Below, piece by piece: positions 56,377 through 58,498 of a DNA stretch of 58,498 nucleotides (position 1 is its first letter; every line of letters begins with the position of its first letter). This DNA comes from Caldilineales bacterium. GTDB lineage: Bacteria > Chloroflexota > Anaerolineae > JAAEKA01. The notes beneath the pieces were generated by a model. The model was given only the letters and a program-made list of their open reading frames with translations. It had not been told where the DNA came from and searched no databases. Where the stretch lies: contig JANWYQ010000006.1 in the NCBI GenBank assembly GCA_025055015.1, forward strand, positions 1 to 58,498, read 5' to 3'. The translations under genes and the position numbers were made by a program.

Positions 56377-56499
56377 CTCGCCGAGACAGACGTGGTGCGG
56401 GAGCATTGAACTGCGGGCAGTTGGGTTACAGCGATCTACTGACACATCTGGGCTAGGAAATCGGTTGCAACCTCGGTTGGGGCAGCGGAGGCTACACCT

Positions 56500-57960
56500 A
56501 TGCGCCTTGCGTTGTGGTTGGTCCTGGTGTTCGTTGCAAGCCTTCTGCTTTGGATCTTGATCCCGGACCTGTGGCCGTTGTGGATTGCCCTGGGGCCGAC
56601 GGTGGCCGTGCTTGTACTGGGCTTGAATATCGCATTAGAGCTGAACGGGGGCTACAGGATCCCCTTTTACCTAGCCCTGTTCGTGTGGTTGGGGATTGTC
56701 TCCGCGGCCATGTTCTACGGGCAGGCAGATAGGCTGCTGGCGGCGGGGCTGTTACCCGCCTTCGCCGTCCCCTTGCTCGGCTCCGGGGCTTCTCTGCCGG
56801 CGCGGGTTCTGTCGTCGTTGGTAGGGGGGATTTGGATCGCTGCGCTGGCTACGGGCGCTGTCCTGTTGGGCATGACCCTGTTGGACTATCAGCGCCTGCG
56901 GCCCACCACCGACCAGAAGCGTTTCGGAACCCTCGGTAGAGCCTTTCGCCGGGCGTTGGCGCTGGTGCCGGCGGAATGGGAGCTGCGGGCTGGCAAGCTG
57001 GAGGTGGTGCGGGCGCCTAGATCACCCCACCGGGAGCGCATGGGCCCCGGTGAGCTTCACGTGCAACAGGGGCACCTGGCCATCTTGGAGCGGGACGGTG
57101 TGATCTCGGGGCTCAAGGGAACGGGCATCCATTGGGTGCGCCCCATGGAGCGCATCGCCATGTGTGTTCCGCTGTACCGTCGGTCGGCCCAGGTGAAGCT
57201 GGATGACGTCGCCACCAAGGACGGCGTGACGATCGAGAGCATAGAGCTGACCATCCTCCACGGCCTCACTTTCGAGGGGGGTCAGCGGCCGGTCGAAAAC
57301 GGCGAGTTCCCCTACGACGAGGAGATCATCAAGAAGAAGGTGTGGAACGCCAGCGGCTCCGACTGGAGCGAGGCGGTCGTGGCCATTGCCGGCCGCGAGG
57401 CGCGCAAGCTCCTGCGCAAGCACAGCCTGAAAGAGCTACTGACGATGGACAGGTTGCAGTTAGACGATCTGAAGGCCGAGCTCGCACGGGAGATCAACCA
57501 GGTGACGCAGGAGTACCTGGGCGTCCGCGTGACCGTCACTGGGATCGGGCGGGTGTGCGTGTCCCCCGCAGTGGTCCAGGGCCTGACGGAGCTTGTACTT
57601 TCAGACTTCCAACGGGAGATTGCTTATAACCAGGCCCTGTTGCAAGGAAAAACCATGGAGGAGTTGGCTCACTATCGTCGCAACGCCTTCATGCTCCTGT
57701 ACGGCGCGCTGCACGACGCGGCCGAGGAGCACCCCGACGTGGCCCAGCTGCTGAAGATGGCCTTGCTGGAGCGCCTGGAGCGGGTGGACTGGGCGGACAG
57801 CGCGGGGGAGGGAGGTGGCCGGCGCAACGGGCTAGACAACTTGCTGAAGCTGGTCGCCCTGGACGTGCTTAGGATGTTGCCCGACCGGCCGGAGGAGGAG
57901 GGACGCCGGGAGTCTAGTGACGACCGTTCCCCTCCGACAGCAGGCGCCCAGGGGTCATAG
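56500..57960 (+). CDS. SPFH/Band-7 (stomatin/flotillin-like) domain membrane protein with polytopic N-terminal region
   Basis: 4-5 N-terminal TM, then an SPFH-like core (LHVQQGHLAILERDGVISGLKGTGIHWVRPMERIAMCVPLYRRSAQVKLDDVATKDGVTIESIELTILHGL) and a coiled-coil C-terminus. Confidence 0.55.
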   Translation: MRLALWLVLVFVASLLLWILIPDLWPLWIALGPTVAVLVLGLNIALELNGGYRIPFYLALFVWLGIVSAAMFYGQADRLLAAGLLPAFAVPLLGSGASLPARVLSSLVGGIWIAALATGAVLLGMTLLDYQRLRPTTDQKRFGTLGRAFRRALALVPAEWELRAGKLEVVRAPRSPHRERMGPGELHVQQGHLAILERDGVISGLKGTGIHWVRPMERIAMCVPLYRRSAQVKLDDVATKDGVTIESIELTILHGLTFEGGQRPVENGEFPYDEEIIKKKVWNASGSDWSEAVVAIAGREARKLLRKHSLKELLTMDRLQLDDLKAELAREINQVTQEYLGVRVTVTGIGRVCVSPAVVQGLTELVLSDFQREIAYNQALLQGKTMEELAHYRRNAFMLLYGALHDAAEEHPDVAQLLKMALLERLERVDWADSAGEGGGRRNGLDNLLKLVALDVLRMLPDRPEEEGRRESSDDRSPPTAGAQGS

Positions 57961-58168
57961 CGTAGGCCTGCCGGGCGGCACCGTTGGGGCGGGGAAGGTT
58001 AACCTCGATGCCGAGGCTGGTGGCGGTGGCGGCGAGAGCGGTGAGGAAGCCCTGTTGGAAGGCGTCGCTCTGATCGGGGGCGTAGTGGGCAGCCAACTGG
58101 CGACACGCCAGCTCCACACCACGAAGCACGTTCTCGATGTCCTTGACATGCCAAACCGACTGAGCCAT
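57914..58168 (-). CDS. Small hypothetical protein (84 aa), convergently overlapping the SPFH gene 3' end
   Basis: In-frame ATG (MAQSVWHVKDIENVLRGVELACRQLAAHY...) within track ORF 57914..58273. GGAGTG upstream. A Cheo-type SOS box lies about 160 nt upstream. No recognisable domain. Confidence 0.3.
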   Translation of the reverse strand: MAQSVWHVKDIENVLRGVELACRQLAAHYAPDQSDAFQQGFLTALAATATSLGIEVNLPRPNGAARQAYAMTPGRLLSEGNGRH

Positions 58169-58327
58169 GGTTCGCTGATCACTCCACTTCCAGGGCTGTT
58201 GTGGGGACGTGGCCGATGGACCACGCTGGTCGGGAGCCCTGCGCAGCCAGAGTCGACGAGCTCCCGTCAACACGCATAAGCTGCAAGAAAAGATCGAAAG
58301 GGCGGCGGCGGTAAATGAAATCCGAGC

Positions 58328-58341
58328 AGAACATGTGTTCT
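58328..58341. promoter_or_regulatory. Cheo-box-type LexA/SOS operator candidate (aGAACatgtGTTCt)
   Basis: GAAC-N4-GTTC inverted repeat in an AT-rich region. It overlaps a possible -35 (TTCTAC) followed by ATTATA/TATATC at the window edge. Confidence 0.35.
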
Positions 58342-58498
58342 ACTCACCGCGCTTGCTCGCATTATATCTCTTTCGCGCGAAAATGCAACTTCGCGCCCCC
58401 CGGTATGTTGAGTGGGGTGAACGCTCAAGCGGTCGTCCGCCGAGCCCCTTCTGCGGCAGGGCGCCGTCTTGGTAACCCCCGTTGGGTAGAGCAGATGG

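Noticed and set aside
58441-58498. Possible 5' end of a tRNA (GTTGGGTAGAGCAG resembles a D-arm)
   Set aside because: The D-stem 5' strand (GCTC) that should precede the D-loop is absent. No acceptor-stem pairing could be built before the window ends, so the call cannot be supported.

Overview
This is a high-GC (about 68-70%) bacterial chromosomal window. Gene content and architecture look Chloroflexota-like, but that is an inference. I call about 45 CDS, almost all with recognisable products. They fall into a long minus-strand run (5.1-15.3 kb) and a long plus-strand run (15.6-43.3 kb). Most of the long Arg/Gly/Ala-rich ORFs in the six-frame track are antisense shadow ORFs of real genes, and I rejected them. 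Recognisable genes: a DinG/DnaQ helicase (partial), gamma-glutamyltransferase, a PQQ sugar dehydrogenase with an N-terminal CxxCH domain, a membrane-anchored alpha/beta hydrolase, two RCK (TrkA/KtrA-like) proteins operonic with an APC-superfamily transporter, an MGDG-synthase-like glycosyltransferase, two CorA paralogs, a DHH phosphoesterase, MalQ, CinA-C, an Amt-like transporter, an HtrA protease, DedA, a SWIM-SNF2 helicase, Bcp, a TolB-like beta-propeller, and a YbhGFSR-like ABC exporter with split and duplicated parts (2 ABC-2 permeases, 2 ATPases, 2 HlyD). These are followed by an HprK-like P-loop kinase translationally coupled to a PqqD-like RRE protein with a 26-codon candidate peptide just upstream, two paralogous C25 (gingipain-like) peptidases flanking an FN3/Pro-Thr-rich anchored protein, a BY-kinase, an O-antigen ligase, RsfS, Ndk, an HDAC-family enzyme, an H+-PPase, RNase D, an ECF sigma factor with an anti-sigma factor fused to a thioester-less alpha-2-macroglobulin-like MG-domain protein carrying an internal 6-TM block, a GT1 glycosyltransferase, an SPFH protein and a small hypothetical. 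No rRNA/tRNA genes, transposases, integrases or CRISPR arrays were found. Non-coding highlights: a TCACCG/GGTnACC-rich short dispersed repeat family with 3 copies, one in-frame inside the GT1 gene and the others overlapping CDS termini; a 37-bp direct repeat x2 with a 37-bp spacer; several near-consensus sigma70 promoters in AT-rich islands; a long hppA leader with a terminator/antiterminator layout; a Cheo-type (GAAC-N4-GTTC) SOS box; and GC-rich perfect hairpins between convergent genes.
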